In this document: in pieces, positions 53,226 to 64,000 of the stretch | How positions within the stretch are numbered: the first letter of the stretch is position 1 | How the letters are laid out: the number at the start of each line of letters is the position of its first letter | Origin: Bispira polyomma | Taxonomy: Eukaryota | NCBI GenBank assembly: GCA_965649765.1 | Contig: OZ287751.1 | Location: 46,686,001-46,750,000 of the forward strand | Reading direction: 5' to 3' | DNA length: 64,000 nt | Made by a program: the position numbers and the translations under genes | The notes under the pieces: generated by a model | The model's input: the letters and a program-made list of their open reading frames with translations, nothing else | Databases searched by the model: none | What the model was told of the DNA's origin: nothing

Positions 53226-53962
53226 AACAAGTGAAAATGCAGTCAGAGACTGCAAATTAATCCTCGCGCTAATTTGGTGGGTTGTGAAGCCATATTTGCT
53301 TACAAAATGCAGTTATGCTAAAACATATCATCAATGACGAAAATCGTCAAAGTAGGAGCTGGCTGTAAATAAGATCATTGGGGACGCATTTTCAAACAAA
53401 ATCTAGCCGTCTTTGGTGGGTTCCGAAACTATATTTGTTTACAAAATGCACTAAAATTTATTAGAAATGAAGGAAATTGACGAAGTAGAAGCAGAAAAGG
53501 CGTCCTTCTCTTACGTCTCACTGCACATCTGCTTGTTGATCTAAATGCCTGTTTTGGTATAGGGAAAATATAAAATGTCATCTTAAAGCCACAGTTCACA
53601 ACAGATTTTTATCAAATTCAGCACAAATGTAGAGGTCACCATTTCCAAATATATACGTAAATTTCAATCCATTTGATGCAGTAGTTTTTGAGTAATAAGG
53701 CGTGCTACACACACAGACACATGCACACACAGACCAAATACAGTATCCTTCGCCAATTCCTCACAGAAAGGATAATAATCATAAACCAAAAATACAGAAA
53801 GTGATCTTTGAATCTTGATTGCAGTAAAGATTTTGGTTGTAGATTATAGACATATTAAGCCAACATAAGGTAATATAATATAAATATTATCTGAAAAATA
53901 CTTTGTATTGCCAATAAGTTAATGTACTGCAATTATCAGACTTCTTTCAAAATTTCACATAC

Positions 53963-54129
53963 CACATTTGTTTCCCCTTATACTTAAAAAAAAAACATGT
54001 AGCATCCCTCGCCACTGTGTTTGTGTTTTTTTTCAACAATCAAGGCATCTTCATATGTGAGGAGTCGTCCTCTGTAATTCAGGAGGAAATCTCCTTTGTT
54101 GAAAGGCTGCGTTGAAAAAACTCTATATC
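53963..54129 (-). pseudogene. SET-domain exon 1 (SET8/PR-Set7-like)
   Basis: ttttag acceptor, GYRVFSTQPFNKGDFLLNYRGRLL..EGCYMFFF(K)YKGKQM, donor TG|gtatgt; one extra T in a T10 run. Confidence 0.85.
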
Positions 54130-54675
54130 CTAAAATAGAAATAGATAGAACCTCAATATTCTTTAGTAATTTATCATACACAATAAGCAAATCCAAGGAA
54201 TATAAAACAAGCTGCTTGCAGTGAGTTTAGTGTAGATTAGGATTTGCCTAGTTGTGTATGATAAAATTCACCACAGATGAATATTGTTCGATTTATTTAC
54301 ATTCTTTAAAGACGTTTTAGATACAAATTTAACAAAATAACGTAATTTTAAAGCCACTTCCATGAATATTTGATCTGTTTTAGCATTTAATGCATGTACT
54401 TCCCGCTACACAGCATAATTAAAACACACAGTGAATGGCAGCCAATATAAATCACAATTTTACTCCATGTTGAATCTCCTAGGGTGCAGTGTGGTATTAA
54501 AAATTTAACACACACCTTTTACCACAGGGTTGTCTAGTGGTGTGCAGGCACTTGCATGTAATAAATAATATATAGAGATATACATAGAAGGTAATATGTC
54601 AACAGTTTGTTGCCATTCGGTTGTTTTCTACAACATACGACAATAAGTCAACACAACTGTTGACTTATTATCCAC

Positions 54676-54910
54676 NNNNNNNNNNNNNNNNNNNNNNNNN
54701 NNNNNNNNNNNNNNNNNNNNNNNNNNNNNNNNNNNNNNNNNNNNNNNNNNNNNNNNNNNNNNNNNNNNNNNNNNNNNNNNNNNNNNNNNNNNNNNNNNNN
54801 NNNNNNNNNNNNNNNNNNNNNNNNNNNNNNNNNNNNNNNNNNNNNNNNNNNNNNNNNNNNNNNNNNNNNNNNNNNNNNNNNNNNNNNNNNNNNNNNNNNN
54901 NNNNNNNNNN
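54676..54910. other. Assembly gap (N run)
   Basis: Ns. Confidence 1.
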
Positions 54911-57900
54911 GAACTGAACATACATCTAATGCTTTAAGATAATAAGAATGGCTACACTACTTTTCTCAATTTCAGTTCATTTTCTATAATTTTATTACAA
55001 AAGCCATTTTTTTTTACTTTCATAGGGACTCCCGAGAGTCTGCTTACTATTGTTTAGGACTACCCTTTGTTTTTCTGGTAGATTCATCGCCCAAAATCCG
55101 GGATGTTGATTAATTAATAATTAATTATTGACTTTACATTGGACCCTGAAGGAAGAGCCTACGGTTAAATCAGACCACATTAAAAAATCCAGTGTACATA
55201 ATTTCTGGTAGGTTGTCCTCATGTCCCAAACCTCAAGAACCAATAATAATTGTATCTAAGGGAGATACAGGGCATGAAAAGTGTCAAGGACCATATTTGA
55301 CCTTGATGGAGGAGTTGAAGGTCAAATGTGACCCCATCAAAAGATACAGAGTACATGATTTTCTATAGGTTGACTTTACATCCCAAAATTCTTGGTCCAA
55401 TAAGAAGGACAGTGCATTAAAAGTATCAAATGATTTAGTGATTTACTATTATTATTGTGAAATTTAAAGTAGGTACTACTCAAAAAGCTATGGACCTACT
55501 GGTCTGAAACTTAGACATGGCCCAGTATGTGAAAAAGTAGGTAAACAACATAATTGACGTAACTGTTCTAAACTCAAAAGTTTTGGACATGTAAGAAATC
55601 TACTCAATGTTGAAAAGTCAAAATAGCTATTTACTCTGTTAACTTTGGAGCTACAGTTGTGAAAATTTGCCATGACAGAGTAAATGAAAAGTAGGTGAAC
55701 AATATTTCACAAAAGTCATTTAAATTCAATAGCATTGGAGTAAAAAGTGATTTACGCAATGGTGAGATATCAAACTAGCTATTGGTATTTATTATTATTT
55801 TAGCTATGGAGCTACAGCTTTAAAACTTCACTCTGATACAAAATAAAGATGTAGCTGGAAACCATATTGAGAAAAATATTGTACCTTTAACAGCTATGAA
55901 GATAAAAGCCATTTACTCATTTTGATCACTGCTAAAAACTGAAAATACCTATCACACACTTAGCTATCAAAATAGACCGTTAAAAAAGGTACCATCTTGT
56001 ATTTACAGAGAAAGTAGCTAAACAACATATTTTACTGAAATGTTCTAAATGCAGTCATTTTAGACTTCTAAGCAATGTACTCAAAGTAGCTAGCAGCGCT
56101 ATTACTCACTTTACTATGGACCTAGGTGTGCAAAGCAGCAAAATAATGGTGGGGGCCAATGTGAAATAAAAGTTTTAAATCAGAAAAAGAGGCTGTTTTT
56201 CTTTGACATCCCTATTGACATTATCAAAAGTAAGAGTTTTACTCAGGAATATGATAAATATCGCTTATTAAAGAAAAAGGCATTGTACACAATAAAGACA
56301 ACTATAATATACTTTCTCACTCTAATTTTGCACAAATTTGTGACTCCAACAAAGTTGATCAAGCCATTAACGCACAGTACTTTTGCAAAAAAATAGGCTT
56401 TTCCAAAAAGTTAAACAAGGTTTTTTTCACCCTTGTTGGCATTGAAAAAAAGTTTTGGTTTAAAATGAGTAAAAATGTTTCTTTTGGTTTAAAAGGGTAA
56501 AACCGTTGCCTTGGGAGCACTGCATCCGCTGCCGGCTCTTCGAGCAGCACAAGTATAACTAAAAGTTATGGTAGCTGTAAAATCATCCACTCACCTCGTA
56601 CAACAGTGACCATGAATTATTGACTCATGTTTTGTGAGTATGAACTTAAAATTTTATTGAAGGATTATTACAATTTGGCATTTTATTTGCTATATATTGA
56701 AAGACAATACACTTACCAACATCATCAGATATTTCAATGTAAAGCCTTCTGGGTACAAACCCACTTCTACCCACCACTTCGCCTGATTTGTAGGGGATTC
56801 TTTCTGAATGAAAGATTATGGCACGAGTTACAAGTAAGTGTGCATGCAAAAAAGAAGTATTCATTTATTGTCATTCAAGGGCTATTATTAAGTCTTAAAC
56901 ATAAGGCTAAAAGATATCATTAATGAAGTAGTAGTTACTGCCACTACTTACAAGTTTCTGCTGTGAATTTCTTTGCCAGGAGTAGAGGCATAACAGCAAA
57001 TATAAATGGCAAATACTATTGTATGAACTTTCCACCTTAAAAAAGCATGACAAGTAGCATATTAAGAAACATGTTAATTTTAAAGACAAAAGTATCCTGA
57101 TATAATCACCATTGGACGTTGATATCAAATTCAATCCTCTGAAAAGATTTACAGCCCAGGGTCTATTTATCCAATTTGTCATTATCAAACAATGGTGTAA
57201 TGTAAATCTTTTCCTGGGAAAAACACTCTCAGCACCAATAGAAAGTGCAGTAAAAGGTTAATATTGAAGTGTTTTATTTGTGGACACTAAGGCACTTACT
57301 TTTTTTTTTCTTTGAAGTACCTTCTATGCTTCGAAGAAGCTGCAAATGCAAGAAATTAATATAGAAAATTTTACCATTTTTTTAACAAATTGCATTATAA
57401 ACTCGACTGGATTCGTACCTTAAAATTGGAATGATCAAGTAGGCAAAACAATTATTATTACGAGTTACATATGCGTTCCTTACGATTGCAATCTGTACCA
57501 CATATTTTGACTCATATAAACAATATGTCAACAAAAAATGGGTTGACATATTATTCTATGTTTTAGAATAGAATGCCTAATGTCAACAACTTGTTGACAT
57601 ACAAATGTCTGTAAATAGGGAAAAACTGTTTCATGAAGTAAATATTTTAATATGCCAAAAAAAGATTGGACCATCACAACAGAGTGATCTATGTTCAAGA
57701 CTAAACAACATATGAAAATCAATCAGATGGACTGTCTCAGAAAGTATATTATACAAATTGTCCAAAAAGTCAACTGACAAAATTCTCTGGCCAGAAAATT
57801 TCACACCGGTCCAGTATTGTACTTGACTCAAAAACATCTATTTACAATAATATTTACTTATTTTGGATTAAATATGAAGAAAACATGAGCAAAAACACTT

Positions 57901-60491
57901 CTGGCCGTCATGCGTAAAATGTTATTTGTAACGTGACCCATAGCATATTTGATCAAAATGGTGTTGTCCAAACAGTGATTCGAACTCTGCAACACAAAAT
58001 AAGTAAAAATATTGGTTTCTGTCCCTATTTAAGTACATAAATTCACAAAAATATTCTTATTTCCTAAATATCTTAATACATCAAAATGACACTGGACAAC
58101 CATACATATATTATGTTAAATGTGAAGAAATCAAACGCATGTCAAATTGCCAACAAGACAGACAAGTCATTGTAGCCCACATGAGAATATACCTTTAAAA
58201 CATGACAAATGCAAGCAGTTATGTCAAATCATTAAGTTTTAAGGTGTTCTTTTGGAAGTACTGGAAGGATGTTTGAGTTTAATATTCCTGCAGACAGATA
58301 TTCAGGCCCGTCATTACCGTTTAATTTTGCTTGGTTCATTTTGTCGAGGTAAAAAAAAAAACATTGCAAGGAATAATCATAATGCGTATGGAATAAAACT
58401 AAAATTAGAGGTTGAACAAAAATATTGCAAAAAAAATATATATATATAGAATATAGGTCGAAACGTCTCAGAAAAATTGGGTCGAAACGTTGTGAAGGTT
58501 GAATCACCTGGATATCATATTCATATATAAAGCAGTACTGTATATGACTTCTTATTGTAGTTCTAAGGAGTATAGTAGATATGCCTATTTTCGATATGTG
58601 CCTATTTTAGATCGGCTGGTTCCCAATGCTCTAGTTATGTATTGGTTTATGTTTATTGACCTATTTACCGATAGATAACAACAAATACATGTTTTTCTGT
58701 GTAGATGTGCACTTTTATTTGATATTAATCAGTGCAATAACAGGTGATATACTCGTAAACATTGTACAGAAGCGGTCACAACAATGTCCGGGTCATAATA
58801 GTGTCTGTTGCATTTTTAAAGAACTTACTGACAGAAATTAATACGTATTTCGAGAAATATTTCCCAGAATCGAATAAAAATGTTGTATGTCGGAAAGTAA
58901 TTAATATCGGGAAATACCGGGAAGTATAATGGAAGATATCAGGTATCATTGGGTATTCTTGATTCAGGTGTCTTGTAAATTCGACATTTGCCGTTTTTCT
59001 TCAATAACTAAATGTGTTTTATATCTCTTACATTACAAAATATATAGCGATCTTTTTCAATGTTAAATAAGGCCATAAAGAAATAGTTAAAACTCGCGTA
59101 TCTACGAGACACAAGGCTAATATATGTTGGTGGTTGACGGTTAAATATCCTTAAATGTAAGTTGGGGCTTCTAGGTGATCTCCACGATGATAGATTGCCT
59201 CATTTGCATGAAATTCTTCCATTGTCGCTCATACATGTGCTTTACTTCTGAGGTACATCAACTACGAATTTTATAAAAAAACTAGGTCTGCAGATATAAC
59301 AATTAATTTATCTTTTAATGGCTAAAGCTTTATTAAAGATATAATAGATATAAATTATCTAAATTTATAATAAATCATAAATCGGCCACCGTACAATAAA
59401 TGTGTCATAACTTCAAACTGATTAAATTTATTGACCTAACAATACTGTACTTACTTGAATATTAGTATTGTTTTACTTTAATCCTATGGTCCATTTTAAA
59501 CCTAGATTGTTAATAATTACTATTTTAAATGTGACGGTCGATTTACAACTGGCGGCCGAATTATAACCAGAGGCAGTAAATTACAAAATACTAAATCTTA
59601 TTTTTGAGAAAGCTATGTTTTATACCTTGAAATGTGTGTCGACCAATGTCGTGACTGGACACTATTGTGACCGGCCATGTATCTCTTATGTGATCCAAAA
59701 CCGGCACAACGAGGATACTTGGGTACTGCAGTTACTGAGCAGTATTTCAGTTGTTTATAAATTTACGATCCGGTTTTTGGCCAATTTCTCCACGAATACT
59801 TACTCAATCACAATAAGAATTATATTTCTGGATTCTGTGGATCAGGACCTTTCCAATAATACCCATGTTGTTAGGTACATCAATTCTAAACATTCCGAAA
59901 ATCGTCTGATTGTGATACTTATGTTCTGTGTATGTTCTGTCATACAGTTATTTCCACGCAAATTTCACTCTAAATTAGCAATTAAGGTGAAACAAACATA
60001 TTTAATAATTGTAACAGCAAAGTAACACAGATTTGTAACCTATTATTACTCCTATGTTTACACTACATTAAGTACAAATACCATACAAACCATTTGCTTT
60101 CCATAGCTCAAACCACAAGCTGACATCTTGCCAAAAACAGGAAGTGGCATTGTAGGTGGCGCTGTTTTATTGATTATTAATTTTTGTTTAGATTAAAAAA
60201 GAAGTATTTTTACGGTGCAATTTAAGAGCATTTTGATGTAATCCTTTTAATCAATATGTACACAAGATTATATATGATTTTTGAAAAAAAGAAATTTTAC
60301 AGCGTCATAAAACTCTTAAAGGTGAAGGACAAAAAATAAAATTAAACAAGTGTGTAGTTCACAGTTCAATTAACATTGTTGAAGTAATTATAGACTTAGT
60401 TCTCAACTACTTCAACATTCCAACATTCATTTATAGCTTGTGAATAATATGTCAGCACCTATTGTGTTGCCTTATTGTCGTATGTTGTAGA

Positions 60492-60676
60492 NNNNNNNNN
60501 NNNNNNNNNNNNNNNNNNNNNNNNNNNNNNNNNNNNNNNNNNNNNNNNNNNNNNNNNNNNNNNNNNNNNNNNNNNNNNNNNNNNNNNNNNNNNNNNNNNN
60601 NNNNNNNNNNNNNNNNNNNNNNNNNNNNNNNNNNNNNNNNNNNNNNNNNNNNNNNNNNNNNNNNNNNNNNNNNNNN
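60492..60676. other. Assembly gap (N run)
   Basis: Ns. Confidence 1.
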
Positions 60677-60713
60677 AAATAAACAGACTTGATTTATACT
60701 GACGTTTATATGT

Positions 60714-61520
60714 TTGCATAAACACTATAGAATATTTGAACCAGATTGTGAGGATCATTACCAGTCTGTAACGATAAAGATATCTACTTTTTTTGTTGTA
60801 TTTATTGATATATTTACAAGATATCTATACACTTCTCCTTTAAAAACTCTTGGAGGGAAAGAAATGGTGGAAACAATGAAAGATATGTTTGAAGGTATTA
60901 ATATTAAACCACAAACCCTCAGGTCGGATCTTGGTGCTGAGTACATAAATAAAGATGTGAAAAGTTATCTTAAAAACCAAAAAGTTCATCAAATTTTCAC
61001 CTATTATGAAACCAAAGCTAACTTTGCCGAACGAGTTATTAAAACCATTAAATCTAAGTTAATCAAATATTTAACCAGTAAAGAAAGGTTTAGATGGATA
61101 GATGTTTTTGTTGATATAACTGAAGGTTACACAATTCAAATCACCTAAAGAGGCACAAAAAACTAAGAGTTATAAAGGTTGGAAAAATCAATACGAGATT
61201 TCTACAGAAATTAAAGGTAAAGATAGTAAACCAAATGGAAGTAAGATTTAAAAAAAGAAGAAAGAAGTATAAGTATAAAATTGGGGACAGGGTGAAGATA
61301 AGTTTCCTTAAAACCTTATTCGAACGCGAATATACAGAAAAATGGAGCGGTGAAATATTTACAGTAATAAATCGAAAAATGAATCAAGATATACCAATGT
61401 ATCAAATAAAAGATTATAACAAAGATGTAATAACCTCATATTTTTATCAACCAGAGCTCCAGTTGGCATATATCGATGGTGAAGTTAAGTATAAAATAGA
61501 AGAAATATTAAAAAAAAAGT
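60714..61520 (+). pseudogene. Polinton retroviral-type integrase with start of chromodomain
   Basis: IDIFTRYLY..LRSDLGAEY..KANFAERVIKTIK; KYKIGDRVKIS..WSGEIF..FYQPELQ..YKIEEILK. Confidence 0.9.
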
Positions 61521-61912
61521 ATGAGTATTACTTTTTTATCTCTTCAGATGATTCTGAGAAATGTTTTCCCAATAATACAGCTAGTGATTTTAAAGTAGAA
61601 TTACCAGAAAGGTTAGAGTTAATGGGAGACTGGAAAATCACTCTAGTAGATATCGCCAGTACAAATGATATCAATTCTGATCTATTTATATACTGTGACG
61701 TCTGCAGTTACAGTTACATTCAGAATTCTCTAAGACCATTACTGCGAATTGTAAATCCATCATTAAATTCAACTGATTTTAAACAGCTTTATTATATCCT
61801 ACTTAAACAAAAAAAGATTCCGAGAATAGGTACATATATAAGAGATAAAAATAATAAAATACTCAGTAGTTTAACAACATCTCTAAGGTTAACACTATAT
61901 ATAACAAGATAA
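61520..61912 (+). CDS. Polinton small minor-capsid-like ORF, apparently fused to the integrase by a deletion
   Basis: FFISSDDS..FPNNTASDFKVELPERLEL.GDWKITL..LFIYCDV..PLLRIV. Confidence 0.6.
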   Translation, partial: YEYYFFISSDDSEKCFPNNTASDFKVELPERLELMGDWKITLVDIASTNDINSDLFIYCDVCSYSYIQNSLRPLLRIVNPSLNSTDFKQLYYILLKQKKIPRIGTYIRDKNNKILSSLTTSLRLTLYITR

Positions 61913-61914
61913 AT

Positions 61915-62157
61915 ATGGAAAAATATTTGATATTTTGCAATAAGATGAGAAAGGGTGAAATACCTTATCAGAATGGATATTATATAGTGGAAAAAAATCA
62001 ACAAAAAGGTGATGGTGAGATAACTGTAGTGACTCCTACTCAAGCAGCAGTAGAACAAGCTAAGAGTGAAATCCAAAGCAAAAAGGGTATAAATACTTCG
62101 AAAAAAGGGAAATATTCTCAGATGGGAGATAAAGCTAGAAGGAGAAGTACATCATGA
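61915..62157 (+). CDS. Polinton small hypothetical protein
   Basis: 80-aa ORF with VTPTQAAVEQAKSEI, tightly packed between polinton genes. Confidence 0.55.
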   Translation: MEKYLIFCNKMRKGEIPYQNGYYIVEKNQQKGDGEITVVTPTQAAVEQAKSEIQSKKGINTSKKGKYSQMGDKARRRSTS

Positions 62158-62285
62158 AAAGGAATAAAGAAAAAAGGAATACAAAAAAGAAAAATTTGAA
62201 GATTCATAAATCAATTAAAAAAATAAGGACGAAGAAAACGAGCTCCAAAAAAAGCTGTGAAAAAGAAAATAAGAAAGGAGTAATA

Positions 62286-63701
62286 ATGGGTATTGTACAG
62301 ACTTCATTAACGCTATTACAACCTCCTCCAATAGAGAATTCTAATCACAAAGAATATTGGGTTGAATTTAGCCCAATTACTGAATATGGAGTTTTTTTAA
62401 TTCAGTATTCCTGGAACGTCTAAAGATTATATCAATTTAGCTAAAACAAAGTTGCATATAAAAATATATAATAACAATTTCTGAATATGGAGTTTTTTAG
62501 TTCAGTATTCCTGGAATGTCTAAAGATTATATCAAACAAAGTTGCATATAAAATATAAAATAACAAAGGAAAATGGACAACCTATTCAAGATATAAGAGA
62601 TCCTAACAACGGTCAACCAACCAATGGTCAACCAACAACCGATAGTGATCAAGTGGCTCCAGTAAACTTCAGCTTGCATTCAGACAAATCAACCTTTCTC
62701 TCAAGCAACAGATTATTTCACCTGATATTGGAGTTTGAATTTGAATTGGGATATTTAACGTCCACTCTAGTACCAGTTTAGGTTATATTGGGACGGCCTG
62801 ATATTAGAGTAAATTATCCTTCTAAAGCTTTGATAGATCTTTTATTAAACTCTTCAAGCGATATGATAAATTCCCAAGCTCAGGCTTCATTATTTGATAA
62901 GGATAAATCTGGCTCTATGGAGGATGCTAAATATACTGGAAACAATACTTCATACTTTGAGAAAGCATCATTCACCAAAGAGGATCAGATAGGATGTCTT
63001 GAAGGATGTATATATTTAGATTTTGCTATAAGACAAAATAGAGCCATTATTAATGGAGTTCCTATAAACCTTATGTTATTCCAGTCCAGCAACAGCTTTC
63101 GTTTGTTATCAGTAGGTGATGAGCAATATAAATTGATTATTACAGAGGCTATTCTTAAAGTTTGTCACGTAACAGTAAATCCTACAATGATTTTAGCTCA
63201 TAACGAGGCTTTAAGTCTCTTAAAAGCTATATATCCATTTTGGAAAAGTGATATAAAAACTTTTACTGTAGCTACTGGTTCATAAACTTTTATGAATGAT
63301 AATATATTTCAAGGAAGAGTTCCTTCAAAAATAATTGTTGGTATGGTTTCCAATGATGCATATTCAGGAAAAAAATATCACAAAAATCTTTTTAACTTCA
63401 AAAATATGGGGACCAATTACCTAGAGATTACAGTAGATGGACAGCCTGTACCAAATAGACCATTTCGTCCTAATTTTGATGTTGCTATTTATGTCTATTT
63501 GATATTGAATATAACAAGAAAAGTGGAATCCAAAGCTTTTTATCTGGAGATATTATGGCAAAAGAATTAAGTGGTCACGTGCGACTAAGCATAAAGTTTG
63601 CTAATGCTTTAACCAAAGCTATAAATGTCATTGTTTATGCTAAATTTCATGATATAGTGAACATAGATAAAAGTAGAAGGATTAGTCTCAAAGAAAAATG
63701 A
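62286..63701 (+). pseudogene. Polinton major capsid protein (double jelly-roll), disrupted
   Basis: YWVEFSPI, YPSKALIDLLLN, IINGVPINL, DNIFQGRVPSKIIVGMVSNDAYSG, VIVYAKFHDIVNIDKSR; SINE insert, duplication and stops. Confidence 0.85.
62735..62796 (-). mobile_element. 5'-truncated SINE tail inserted in the capsid gene, with TSD
   Basis: Matches the SINE 3' end at 10672-10730; TSD cctgatattggagt / cctgatattagagt. Confidence 0.9.
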
Positions 63702-64000
63702 ATACTATAGAAATTAGTAATTTGACGATTGCAGACGAAATAAGAAAGTATTTCAAAGGAGTCTACCCATTAGACAAAATTCCAGTAAAATTCTGAGCAC
63801 CATCTATTCTGAGAGTAAATTTGGACCCTTCTGATCTACCAGGAAGTCATTGGATGAATGTACAGACAAATGCTGTGACAGAATACTTTGATTCTATAGG
63901 AAGAAAACCAAAGAAAAAGATTGAGAACATTTTATTCAGTAAAAATATGCAATTAAAATATAACAATACAAGATTACAAGATTATAATATATATTGTTTA
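63698..64000 (+). pseudogene. Polinton adenain-like cysteine protease (N-terminal part)
   Basis: FKGVYPLD..VNLDPSDLPGSHW..EYFDSIG; ATG overlaps the capsid stop (ATGA); in-frame stop. Confidence 0.85.

Larger units (their letters stand above)
60677..64000 (+). mobile_element. Polinton/Maverick (endogenous adintovirus-like) fragment, degenerate, running off the window
   Basis: Compact intronless co-oriented rve integrase, minor-capsid-like ORF, small ORFs, major capsid and adenain-type protease. Confidence 0.9.

Noticed and set aside
51350-54129. Functional host SETD8/KMT5A gene
   Set aside because: Each exon has a frameshift, the NHS motif reads NDG and the surroundings are TE-derived; no gene symbol assigned (the T10 frameshift alone could be a sequencing error)
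54621-54925. ORFs containing long X runs (also 60459-60758)
   Set aside because: Artefacts of N gaps
55488-60025. Short ORFs between the gaps (e.g. 59615-60025)
   Set aside because: AT-rich, with no recognisable motifs or coding bias

Overview
AT-rich eukaryotic DNA, probably a marine invertebrate such as a bivalve (inferred from the repeat types; not provable from the window). It is almost entirely nested, mostly decayed mobile elements, with no recognisable intact host gene. Left to right: a Ngaro-type tyrosine-recombinase (YR) retrotransposon with split direct repeats (2.7-8.9 kb, minus); tRNA-derived SINEs; a TIR/TSD-bounded PIF/Harbinger transposon carrying an unexpected SGNH-hydrolase region (11.3-17.4 kb); a second DIRS-like YR retrotransposon (19-23.4 kb); a solo LTR; a third DIRS remnant; L1/Tx1-like LINE pieces (one with a 14-bp TSD); a satellite; a KRBA2/Ginger-like integrase remnant; a second, rearranged Harbinger; and many Helentron/HINE-like non-autonomous repeats. 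After an assembly gap lies a degenerate Polinton/Maverick (integrase, capsid proteins, adenain-like protease). The most notable object is a multi-exon minus-strand pseudogene (about 54.1 to 38.7 kb). Two in-phase spliced exons encode a SET8/PR-Set7-like methyltransferase domain, and further downstream on the same strand is a C2H2-zinc-finger plus YR region. This suggests a large, RT-less YR mobile element carrying its own chromatin writer; the SET-to-YR link is inferred, not shown. All coordinates were read by eye and may be off by a few bases.
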